DNA of 64,000 bases from contig CM022669.1 of NCBI GenBank assembly GCA_012295275.1, positions 4,030,001 through 4,094,000 of the forward strand, given 5' to 3'. Below the pieces are notes generated by a model that worked only from the letters and a program-made list of their open reading frames with translations, ran no database searches and had not been told where the DNA came from. Each line of letters opens with the position of its first letter. Position 1 is the stretch's first letter. This document shows positions 27,601-40,013 of the stretch, piece by piece. The translations under genes and the position numbers were made by a program. Origin of the DNA: Chrysomallon squamiferum (taxonomy: Eukaryota; Animalia; Mollusca).

Positions 27601-30600
27601 GGTATTTCTGGCGTTTCTGGAATTCCTGGAGCAGCAGGCCTAGCAGGTTCGCCTGGTTTTACTGGAATGACAGGATCAGCTGGTGTTGCTGGTCAATCGG
27701 GTAGAACGGGTTCTGTTGGTAAGAGGCTATGATTTATTACGTCTGTATTTACACGAAGTAGTTACATTTAAATGTTTGTACAGCTGTTACATTATGTAGC
27801 GTATCAAACATTAAAATTGTTGAATAGAATAATGATTGAATACGTACTGAATTGTGATGTCTAAATTAGGTTAACGTACATATTACAGACTCTAAATTAT
27901 TTAAGTAGTTCTGCGTATATAAATCTCACGACTGTTCGGTTTAACTACAAGGTCCTGCTGGAGCTGCTGGTATTTCTGGACACACGGGAATGTCCGGGTC
28001 AACTGGCTTGGCTGGTCGTACAGGAGTCGCTGGTCCTGCTGGCCAAACAGGAATATCGGGCGTTTCAGTCACTGGTGTCACAGGTATGACAGGTCCAGCT
28101 GGTCTTCCAGGTGTTACTGGCGTGTCAGGCATAACTGGAGCTCATGGACTGATCGGAGCATCTGGTAGCACTGGACCTGCAGGATCTAGAGGTTTGTAAT
28201 GTAGTTTGGGATACTGAACCTCGAATACTGTTAAAGACATAATCTCTGGAATAAATTTTAAGGGTATAAACATTTTACAATGGAAATTCGAATTCGATCA
28301 TCTGAAAAAAAATTAAAATTCACATTAAATATTTAAAGATAATGCAACATTGAAATTATAGTGGAAATGGTAGATAAATATAAATTTATTACTAATAACA
28401 GTAATAGCATAAATAATAAAATTCATTAATCTAAACGTTACTGATGTACAGAATGTAACTAATGTATTGTTGTATTAATAACAGGACAAGCTGGAGCCTC
28501 TGGTTTTCACGGATTCACTGGAATAACGGGAATGAGTGGCCTGGCAGGAATTCCAGGCTTACAAGGGGCTACTGGAATCGCCGGATCCAGAGGACATACT
28601 GGCCATACTGGAATATCGGGTCAAACAGGAGCAATAGGCATGAGTGGTCAGACAGGTATATGAATTGTTATTAACATGTTTTCTATCAATATATAAAAAT
28701 ACTATACTATCTTATGTCTGAGATGTAAGACTCAAGCTGATTAAAATGATAAACTTAACATGATTTAATTAACTGTTTTTTAATTTAATATGCTTTGGTA
28801 TTTTGAACAGAAATGTCAGAAGTAACGCGTCTCTGGCGTTGATAAACCATTCTAGTCATTCTGTCGTGTTTAACTGTTTAGTCATGATATATGGTAGCGT
28901 TGAGACAAATAATTGGGATAGATTATACAAAAGTTAATTAGTAATAAGCATTAAGGTACCAAAGATTTTCATTCAAGAAATATTTGTCTAAAATTTTGTT
29001 ATACCTAGAATTGATAACGGCTGGGATAACAGGCTCAAGTCTTAATAATGTTAACTGGTTTTTGTCTGTTCTTCAACACGTCGTCCACTCTAAATTGTAT
29101 TGGATTATGTCATTGAAGGACCCCAAGGTGTTGCTGGTGTGACGGGAGCCACGGGCAGTGCCGGACAGAAAGGAGAACGAGGATTCGTTGGAATATCCGG
29201 ACAGACTGGGGTTCCAGGCTCTGCAGGAGCGGACGGACGTCATGGTGCTGCGGGACTGAGCGGAATGACAGGCGAGTTCTGGTTTGCCGTGACTGTTCAC
29301 TGGCGCCTGTAGATAAATGTCACATGACTTAACTGGTTACAGGATTCTTGTTTTCGAAATCAGTTGGGTTTTAAAAGTATTCTTTTATAGTTTGAATTAA
29401 TTGGAGTTTTGAAACAAAGTTCTTCAATCCATCACTGGCAAATGGAGGGAAAATTAGTATTTACACACGTTTATTTATTACTGAAACTACTATACCTGAA
29501 ACTGCTAATTCATCGGTTAAACTTTCTACCCTTATACTGCTGATGATGTTCGTACCATTTTCATAATTGTTAATATTAATAGGAATTCCTGGAGGTACTG
29601 GTCTCTCCGGTGCTACCGGAATTGTTGGGCTTACCGGACAGTCTGGAGCTACAGGTCCTCAAGGTCAGGAAGGTGCCACAGGACTAACTGGACAAGCAGG
29701 TTCTGCAGGTATTTCTGGAGCGACAGGAGCTGCAGGTGCAAAAGGTGAAAAAGGATCAATAGGCTTTTCTGGAGCAACTGGACTAATGGGCAAGTATCAG
29801 TATATTGTAAACGATGCTTAACTTTTGCTGCCAGTATGAAACAAAAATGGAAACGACCGACTGTAGGCAAATATCAATAACACGCTGTAAAATGTTAGTT
29901 TTTGAATCCATTAAATAAAACGTTTGCAATTAAACAAGGACTGTAAGCATGTCAATGTTTGAACAACTTAGAACTACATGTAGGGTATAGCTTCGTTTCT
30001 CTGCGCCCAATACCGAAATATTCTTTTTCTATCTCATGTTTTGAGACTGAAAGAATCAATTACCAATATTCCAGGCCAAAATGGTCCAAATATCATTATG
30101 CCAGGAAACGAGAGCATTACACAAGATAGACTAGGAGTACACAGATAAAAATGTGCGCCTCTTTACACCTGTGCCCCATAGTGAGTCCATTGTTACGCCC
30201 CTGAATAAGATTATATATTAATAAAATATTTTCTTACTATTTCAGGTGCACAAGGTATAACGGGACAAACGGGAGGCGCGGGTTTTCCAGGAATCTCTGG
30301 AAGATCCGGTGATGCAGGAATATCAGGAATGACTGGACGTAGTGGGGTAACTGGAGCTATAGGTCCTCGAGGGCCAGCTGGTTCTACTGGAGTGCGGGGT
30401 ATGTTCTCCTGCTGCAGCTACAGCTCCACAGTATTTTCTTAGCAATTTTCAGTCAGGTTTTACTGTCATAAGTTACTAATGGACCAGAAAATTAATTATT
30501 TCATTATGTTAAAACAAATATGACTAAACATTTTCGTCCAGCATTTTGTAACAAATGAAGTCGAATATTGTGATTTCTTGGAATGTTAAAACAAATATGA

Positions 30601-33600
30601 CTAAACATTTTCGTCCAGCATTTTGTAACAAATGAAGTCGAATATTGTGATTTCTTGGAATGTTAAAACAAATATGACTAAACATTTTCGTCCAGCATTT
30701 TGTAACAAATGAAGTCGAATATTGTGATTTCTTGGAATGTTAAAACAAATATGACTAAACATTTTCGTCCAGCATTTTGTAACAAATGAAGTCGAATATT
30801 GTGATTTCTTGGAATCATTGTACTTTAGAAACATAGCATACGATTTGACTTTGTTGTCGGGTCTTAAAATGTGTTCTGAGAAAGCCTATCTATAACAAAT
30901 ATGTATTTTTATATGAAGGTTTTGCTGGTGTAAGTGGAATGACTGGACTGCAGGGTGCTGCTGGTGTTACTGGACAGTCCGGAGCTGCAGGAGCTAAAGG
31001 AGCTAGAGGCGCATTGGGTGTTACAGGTTTGTTTTAGCATTTTTGAAAGTCAGGACTAGGCTAGTATTGTTACCCACTAATTGATCTGCTTTAAGTATTG
31101 TTTTGTAGTACAAGTTTATTATTAGCCCATATTGATATCTTTTCATGTTTACATTATCTGAAATGTGCGAATATTAATTGTTCTAATTATGCAGATAATT
31201 TGATGTCATCGATTAGGTGAATGAATAGCAACTGTCCATTTCAATAGTTTTTATTTATTTACTACTTGTATCTATCTGTATGGTTTTAATGCAGAAGAAA
31301 AATGCATTTTCATTTCTCCGTCTATAAAGATAAGCTGTTTGCTCAATACAATACTGTTCACTTGTCACTATTCTATGATGAAACGTTAGGAAATTGAACT
31401 GAAATTCTATTTATTTGAAACGATGTTCACACTAATTCACGTCTTTCAGGAATGACTGGTGTGTCTGGATTACCTGGCAGCCAGGGAGCTGCTGGTGTCG
31501 CTGGATTGACTGGAATGTCTGGTGCTTCAGGAAATGTAGGTCCTAGTGGAGCTACAGGTGTCTCGGGTATCCCTGGTCTGCATGGATTCACAGGATCTAC
31601 AGGAGCCAGGGGCGCGGTAGGATCTCCAGGCGTAACTGGTGCTCAAGGTTAGTGATCTTCATGAATGAACCTTTTAAACGTTATACAATTATAGACGTTT
31701 ATATGAGTTGATGCACAAGAAAAATAATAATATGGCGTTTTCATTCCTATTTTCATCTGTATTTCAGGCCCAGCAGGTATAACAGGATCGCCAGGAATAA
31801 CAGGCATCTCGGGCTCATCCGGGGTCCCAGGATTACACGGAATGACAGGGCTTACGGGTGTTCCTGGTGCGATTGGTAAAACAGGACCTATAGGAGTACA
31901 GGGATTCCCTGGCTTTACTGGTTTGACTGGTATACCTGGTAGCAAAGGAGACGTAGGCTCTAAGGGAGCAGCAGGTCGTGATGGTATAACTGGTTCTACA
32001 GGACTAACTGGTAGTATAGGTATACAATTTGTTAAATTCCCAGTTGTTATGCGTTAGTATATTAATGCATTGCATTCATTCAGTAGATTCGTCTCCCAAA
32101 TGAACAGAAGATACATAAAACAAAACAAACAATCATTGTCTATTTAAATGAAGCAACCAAAATAAAACAATTTACACTGAATTCAGGTAAGACAATTCTA
32201 ATATTAGTTGTGGGTACTTTTGTATTATTCCAAATGTATATTCGCTAATTCGTTCTTTCACAAAATATTTTGTTTGTCATTGCAGGATCTCCTGGTCTTA
32301 TTGGCATGACAGGCATAACAGGGGTCACAGGCCCGGCTGGAGCTGAAGGAATAACTGGAAGGACTGGATCGGGGGGACAGCCTGGTGTGTCTGGAGCTAC
32401 AGGATTTGTAGGATTAACTGGCAGGAGTGGTGTAACTGGGTTACCGGGAGCTACTGGTGCCCTTGGTTTCAAAGGTCAAAAAGGAATTGCGGGATCTCCA
32501 GGCTCTACAGGTGTTACAGGCATTCACGGTTCTAAAGGAGCCGCAGGTGAGTATAAATGAAGAGAGAGAGAGCATGAGCCTTGATACAGCCACTTACATT
32601 TTAACCAGTTCCATCCGTCTCCAAATTTGCAAAGTGCCTACGACTCAGTGATTTAGACAACGTTATGTACCTTCATGACCTAGATAAAAGCAATATCTGG
32701 GGATGCCTTCAGCACATTCCTTTTCTTTTTCTCTTTTCTTAGAAAATATGCTTGTAACCTATTAAGCACATTCATTCACAGTTCAAATAACGGGCATTCT
32801 TAGTAACACAATAGTGACTGTAATTGTTTTTTGTTTTATTACAGGAATCACGGGAATGTCTGGTCTCGGTGGTTTAACAGGAATGTCGGGTGCCACAGGA
32901 CCAGCTGGTGCTAAAGGAGAGCCCGGTGCTACAGGACTAGCAGGAAGGACTGGTTTACAAGGACTTGGAGGCGTTGCTGGGCTTGCGGGTCACACTGGTA
33001 TGACAGGACATTCAGGTCACACAGGAATAACTGGAGCAAAGGGATTATCTGGACAAACGGGTGCTACAGGTATTCAAGGTCCCGCAGGAGTTACTGGCCT
33101 TTCTGGATTGCATGGGGATGCTGGTATTACTGGACTGACTGGTCAGGCTGGATTTCCTGGTCTGACTGGTTCTATAGGAGCAAGGGGATCGCCAGGAGCT
33201 GCTGGAATTTCAGGCAAAACGGGATTTTCTGGACACACTGGCCATACTGGTGTTACTGGACCCCCAGGACTTACGGGACAAAAAGGTATTCTATCTTATG
33301 TATGTCTATACATATGTACTATCATTTCTTTTTCAAATCCGTTATTGCTATTCATATTGCTATTATTGTTGTAAGGAAGGTATTTAAGTTAAATATTATT
33401 TGCAGGAGAAGCAGGTGTTACGGGATTTTCGGGAATGACAGGACCTCAAGGTGGTTTTGGTCAAACTGGACTACAGGGAGTTTCCGGATTAACTGGTTCT
33501 GCAGGCATACCTGGACGAAAGGGATCCGCTGGTGCTACAGGTTTCACAGGAATGACTGGCATACCTGGATCCACAGGTATACAGTATATTATCATCTGAA

Positions 33601-36600
33601 TTTTTAAAATATTTATGTACAGTGCTATTTTCCATAGTATAATTATTTCTGATACAGTAGACATTTTTATAACTTTCTCACTATGAAGTCTTTAATCATC
33701 CAGTAATAATGTACAGATATATTCATACTGTTTTATATATGTCAATTCATCTGATGATTTTTTATTAATTACAAATGTTTTGTAATACTTACATAGGTCC
33801 AGCTGGGTTAAGCGGTCTGGATGGTCCAGCAGGGTTAACAGGCACTACAGGACTTCAAGGTGTAGCTGGAAGAATAGGCCCACATGGACAAACAGGCGTG
33901 TCAGGAGCTACTGGAATAACTGGTATTACAGGCGCCAAGGGAGAGAAAGGAAATGTCGGCAGTCCTGGTGTTAAAGGTTCTGTAGGAGCCGCTGGAATTA
34001 CTGGCATGACCGGTACAACAGGACAAGCCGGTTCTCTTGGTTTACCAGGGTTGACCGGAATGTCTGGCATGACTGGTCCTAGAGGATTTAAAGGAGACAG
34101 GGGCTTAAGTGGTCTTTCAGGTTTGGTTGGTTTAACTGGAGCGACTGGAATTCAAGGAAACGATGGTGCGGCTGGAATAACTGGGTTCACTGGATTTACT
34201 GGAGTCGGTTTACATGGAATGACGGGCCTTTCTGGCATTCCTGGTAGACCTGGACACACTGGAATGACGGGCCCAACCGGACCAGTTGGAAGGATAGGTG
34301 CACAAGGAATAGCAGGTTAATTTTCCTGTTTGTTAACTAGGAATCCGAAGAACCGATGATCTGAATCGACAATTTAATTCATTAAAGTAAATAAAATGAA
34401 ATATTTGTATTTTCATGATAAGATAAGGCTTCAATTTAAGACAAATATTACTATTTGATACAAAATGATATTTGATCATTATTTACAAATTACGACCAGT
34501 AATGCATTCCAGTATTATTTTTTTTTATTACAGGTTTAACTGGAGTTAGTGGACTCCCAGGCTTGCCAGGCGTTACTGGTCCACAAGGCTTTCGCGGTGC
34601 CCATGGATTTGCTGGCCTTCCTGGTCTGACTGGACAAACTGGACCCAGAGGGAATCCTGGTTTGGCTGGTCTACCTGGTCTTGCTGGTGCCCAAGGCTTA
34701 AGTGGAAGAGATGGGGCCAACGGGATGACTGGAATGTCCGGTGTTCCTGGGCCATCAGGTGACTGTGATTAAACTCTAAAATAGTTTCTGGAAAATTAAA
34801 TTAACTTGCTGATAAACTGGATATTCAAAATTTAAAAGACAAATTCCGTTGCATTGATTGAAAGGTATTTAGTGTTATTAAAATTCCTGGCTATAGGAAA
34901 ATGCAGTTTGCTGTTAATCTGTTAGAATAATTTTAAAGTATCAGCACCAGCTGTCCTAGTAGTCAATAAACCATTAAGAAATTAACACATAACAATGTTA
35001 ATTTCAAAACGTATTCTATTCATTACAGGCTTACATGGTGCTGAGGGTATAACAGGAGTAAGTGGGGCTACCGGATCTCCAGGATTAATTGGAATAACTG
35101 GAATGACCGGACAGCGCGGTCCAGCTGGTCAGAAAGGTGGACAAGGTGTCACTGGAATCGCTGGTCAGCTAGGTCCACAAGGTTTCCAAGGTATCACTGG
35201 ACACACGGGTGCTGCTGGTCCTCGAGGACTGCAAGGTCTAGCAGGTAAACATTAAATGAAAATGAATATAATTATAGACTTTATATCGATCTGTACAATA
35301 ACTGAAAAGGAACTATAAATTCCCATCTATATATATATATATCTGTGAAGCTGAATTTAATTTTCTATTTCTTTAAAGCAGCTTTCAGCTATACAGTGAC
35401 ATACAAGATAGATAAGAAACCGAAGTTGTCACATTTCCTGCCTCTGTAATGACTGAATCCACCAGTGTATACAACATGCATACTTGTTCTCTTGATGTCT
35501 ATCTAGGAGAATAGGTCAACAGCAATAATATTTTTAAATGAACTTTTCAGGTCCAGAAGGCCATACTGGTCTGCCTGGCCCGGCTGGCCCAAAAGGAGAA
35601 CGTTCTGGTAAGTACTGTCATGCAGAGAAGTTGTAACTGTAATGATTTGATGATTTTTCTTCTAATTTGGAAACAAAAGATAATGATAAAATACTGGCCA
35701 ACATTACTTGTTTTGGTCATCTGACTTGCTACCATTTTTATGATTGATTTATAAAAAAAAATTTCAAAGATTTTACTTCGTAAGTTTTGTTTTAGTCCAG
35801 TTTACAAAATAGTTTAAGGAAACACAAGTTTGTAACCAGAACTCATTCTTAATTAACAGATCTCGTGTTCTGCAATGCCAGCAATGCCACACCTTGCGAT
35901 CACTACTGTGTTGATATCTGGACTGGACATGAATGTAGATGTTACGAAGGTTATCGACTAGCAAACGACTCTAAAACGTGCATAGGTTGGTACACGTCTT
36001 TAATAAGGATTAAACATTACGCAAAACATGTTATTTTGGCACCAAGCAAAGTTTCTTCCCTTGATTACTGTGAACTTAATTCAGTCACTGATACTCGATT
36101 TTGTTTTGTCGATTATTTCATAACCTTAACTTTGAGAGTGATTATTTTCTGAATATCATATCTCAAATGAGGAGACCAAGGAGGCATCCATATTGGGCTG
36201 CGCTTATGGCATCATTTGACCTTCATCCAGACTCGATTCTGTTCATTATACGAAATGGCAAGAGATATTGAATAAATTAAATAAATGTACAATATGATAC
36301 AATATAAATCTACAAATTTGATGGTTAACAAGTTTAGAGAATTTGTGTATGTAACAGATAATACAAGAACTGCCTTAAACATACTGACGTTGATTTTTTT
36401 GTTCATTTAGATATCGACGAATGTGACGCCATTGGACCATGTGAACAACTCTGCAACAACACCATCGGCGGATTTATATGCAGCTGTCGTGCAGGATATG
36501 AACTCCACGAAAACGAAAGAAATTGTGAAGGCAAGTGAGAATTGGGAGCCAGTTCTCATTATCTGTCAGAACGTAATAAGAAAGTTGATGTTTGAAATGA

Positions 36601-37684
36601 GACATAGTGCCAGAATTATCTAATAATGCCAACGCATTAATATTCACTAAATCATCTTTAAACATTTGGAGAACATTTCTTGACTGCATTTCTAAGTTTG
36701 GCTTCATTTCACAATGTTTACCTTTTATTTTATTTATTTTTTTAACCACAGATATAGACGAATGCCACTGTGAATGTGAAGCAAAGAATCCGTGTCAAAA
36801 CGTGAGAGGTTTTATGGGAATTCCTGCCTGCGTCAACACCATTGGTTCCTACAGCTGTGTCGGCGTCAGATACTCGCTCGGCAGCGCTCACTTTGGTAAG
36901 CAAAACGTGTTCAACATTTGTTTTCTCATTGGAAAATGTTTAACTGTACAGTACTTGAATAATAATCCAAAATGAAAATGAGTTTTGTTAATTTAGGAAC
37001 GAGAAGATAAGTGATTATTCAATTTAAACATTTTTAACTTGGCTTACCTCAGAGTATTCTTTTACGACACTGACATGCTATAAAAACACAAGCTCTTGTA
37101 AGTAGCATTTATGGAAATGAATTAAAGTCCATCTACCATTGCAGATGCAGGTATACGCTCTCGGAATTATTTAACGTGACAAAAACAGTTGAAAACAGTA
37201 AATTGTAAGCCACTATCAATAAATGATAAATACTTTTTTTTAAAGAGAAAATAAAGGAAAATGGCTCTTGCATATCGTTCTAACTGGTTTTACATTTCAT
37301 GTATCTGTATCTGGAACCGGTAACCTTCGTCTTTTCACGTTTAGCTCATTTCATTTGTGTTTAGATGAAGCAAATATGGATTCCATTCAGGAAGATGGTT
37401 TTTATCAGAACAACGACGCCAGCAGTGCCGAAAACACGTCACAAGCAACCGCAGCTACGGTACTGTCTCCAGAAATATCGACAATTCTGCTCGGCATCAT
37501 GTTGGGCTGTGTTTTACTCATCGCCATTGCTCTGATTATCATCGCAGTGAGATCTCGCAGAAAGAAGCAAAAGCGTGTTCAGACTGGCGGATTCAGTGGA
37601 GGAACGGCAAGACGAGGCAGTGCCGCTCAGACAGTGGGCGAACAGTCGTACGTGAAGACTCCATCTTCAGCCATGCAAATATAA
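22870..37684 (+). CDS. Giant Thr-rich, Pro-poor collagen with N-terminal signal peptide and globular domain, 3 EGF-like modules and a C-terminal transmembrane helix (~2100 aa)
   Basis: 28 exons in one open frame (6303 nt): 22870-22945, 23353-23642, 23957-24179; collagen exons 24719-25087, 25478-25630, 25737-25898, 26308-26415, 26591-27013, 27302-27718, 27952-28191, 28485-28655, 29119-29271, 29583-29789, 30246-30398, 30919-31026, 31450-31647, 31768-32019, 32286-32546, 32845-33285, 33406-33576, 33797-34315, 34534-34758, 35029-35244, 35551-35607; EGF exons 35860-35985, 36411-36530, 36752-36895; TM/tail exon 37365-37684. Linking the first three exons to the collagen exons rests on phase compatibility and proximity. 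Confidence 0.88.
30507..30814. repeat. Intronic minisatellite, 4 x 77 bp apparently identical copies
   Basis: Unit tgttaaaacaaatatgactaaacattttcgtccagcattttgtaacaaatgaagtcgaatattgtgatttcttggaa starts at 30507, 30584, 30661, 30738. Confidence 0.95.
32295..36253 (+). repeat. Segment duplicated at 1-3976
   Basis: See the duplicate at the window start. Confidence 0.95.
35860..36895 (+). other. Three EGF-like exons (EGF, Ca-binding EGF, atypical cbEGF) of the collagen gene
   Basis: The second module [40 protein letters not shown] fits the cbEGF consensus. The third is [37 protein letters not shown]. Confidence 0.9.
37484..37549 (+). other. Transmembrane helix of the collagen followed by a stop-transfer basic cluster
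   Basis: [22 protein letters not shown] followed by RSRRKKQKR (positive-inside rule). Confidence 0.88.
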
Positions 37685-38764
37685 CACATTTTATATATAA
37701 ACAATTATTTTTATATATATTTATCAACTGTAAAGTATGTTCAAGTATTTATACATACGTAGTGCAAATTATTTATTTTTATACATTTGTTTCTCCCATG
37801 ATGATGTATGTTCTATACACAGATTATTAAATGTTGATACAATGCGATGATTTGTATTTTTCTTTAAAATGGAAATTAAACTTGTTCAGGATAATTAAAA
37901 AGAAAACTGAAAAATAAAGTGAATACACTTGATAAGTTTATACTGAAAATGTATCAATTAGCATGCCATCAAAACAATATCCCACTTTCGATTTCCATTT
38001 CCACGACAAAATTCACGCTCAAGTTTAACAGAAGTCTATAGAGCTTTACTCAGTTGTGTACTGACGAGAACCGGTTGCTACTAACGACATTCAACGGCTT
38101 CGTCGATTAGCAGCAACATACCTTTCAAAAGAGCCTTCCCAAGGATTGGAAAAAACAAACATATGGTCATTTGTTAGAAAATGACAAAAAAATGGAGGTA
38201 AACCATGAATAATCGAAAAGCCATCGCCATAAGAACGATTAATGTGGTCCTACGCACAAAACAATGCGAGGCGACCTCGGGAGATTGGTAAATACGTTTT
38301 TATCTGGCTTGAAAATCTCGAGCATCTTGACTGGGGGGCCTCTTATAATGAATGATGTACTTCAACTGGCTTTAAGAAAGATAATCGGATTCCTTTATCT
38401 GATATTCCAATCTCACAGAGGCAAGAGTTCCCTCACTTTCTTAGCCGTGGTATTTCTCAGTGTTATCGCAAGGCTTTTCACTTAACTGAGATCAATTCGT
38501 AGCTCAGTGGTTTGGGGCGAAACAAGATCTGCGACATGACGAGGGGGCCTGGTCTCTACAGATATTTCAGTTAATATTCACGATCGTTTGTCTGTGGATG
38601 AAGCTTGTGTTATCCTATTGGTAAAATTGAGAAAGTTTTCTTCTCTCATATCCCATTATAAAAAAAAAGGTTCTCGACTTTAAACGGCTGTTAATAATAA
38701 TTTATTGACTAAACACACATTTGTGCCCAGTAATTAACCTTGTACGTAATGTATTCCCGAAGGA

Positions 38765-38900
38765 ATAATAATAGTAATAGTAATAATAGTAATAATAGTA
38801 GTAATAGTAATAGTAGTAATAGTAATAATAGTAATAGTAATAATAGTAATAGTAATAGTAATAATAATAATAGTAATAGTAATAGTAATAATAATAATAG
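38765..38900. repeat. (AAT/AGT)n compound microsatellite
   Basis: Directly visible. Confidence 0.85.
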
Positions 38901-39888
38901 TTTGCTAAAAGTCGCGAGATTAATTCACTGGTGTATTAAGCGAATAAAGCACGAGTTCCTGGATCTACCCTTTTTGTTGACCATTTTCCTGTTTCAACTG
39001 GCGCTCCTGTTTAATTGTATCGGAGACTGTGAAAGGAACATTCTTGCCTCGTAATTTCTTGGAGAAAATTATCTAACGCTATATCAAGCTGTTTAACAGG
39101 TTATCGAGAATGTGTCGTGAACAGGTTACAGAAGGAAACGTTAGACTTTTGATAACTCACTTGGGGCATAGCTTTTTGTTACAGTTCATTTTTGTTGTGT
39201 GCCTAATGTACTGCGTGCTAATCTTGTTTGTTTTCCTTTTTATTCGCAATAGTTCTTAAACACGAGATTTCCTAAACAGCTTAACACAATTCCAAAACAG
39301 ATTTCGCTTAAGAGATCTTTCAACGAAACAAATGTCAACAGTTCATCGAAGTGCGTAGATTATTTTAGGCATTTCAAAGATTATAAGAATGTTGATAATA
39401 AGAACAACAGCATGGCAACAACAACAACAACAAAAATAATAATAAAACGATAAAAAAAAAAAAAAAACAACAAAACAAAGCAAAACAACAAATAGAACAA
39501 TAGCAACAGCAAAATCAAAAGCACTCTGATAATAATACAGTCATTAACTACTACTATTACTAACACTGCTTGTACAACTGTCAGTACTAATCCGCCATTG
39601 ATCCACCATATTCGCTGTGAAAAGAAAGGTTTAAACGTGATTCGTTGTAGATTGTTTCTTGTCCCGTGTCTGGTTGTGTGATTAATTGTACGTGGGAAGA
39701 TGCATATATAAATGAAATTTACTGTTAAACCAAAATGGCAGCAGTGGATTCCCCTTTCTAAAATACTTTTTTTATTTTACTATAAACTACTGCTGTTGAT
39801 GTAGTTATAATTGCAGCTACGGTTTTAGTTGTTATTGTTGTTGCTATTACTACTATCACTTCTACTACTTTTGCCAAGTCTTCTTCTT

Positions 39889-40013
<125 letters not shown>

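Noticed and set aside
1582-34720. Pro-rich minus-strand ORFs (e.g. 1582-1797, 24831-25049, 27941-28132, 31649-31945, 33855-34070)
   Set aside because: They are antisense shadows of Gly codons (GGN reads NCC/CCN) in the collagen exons.
22870-37684. Bacterial or viral origin of the Gly-X-Thr collagen (BclA-like) or contamination
   Set aside because: It has 27 spliceosomal introns, metazoan cbEGF modules and host-like intron composition.
38040-38640. GC-richer island downstream of the collagen gene, possibly a decayed element or exon
   Set aside because: I found no sustained reading frame, terminal repeats or recognisable motif.
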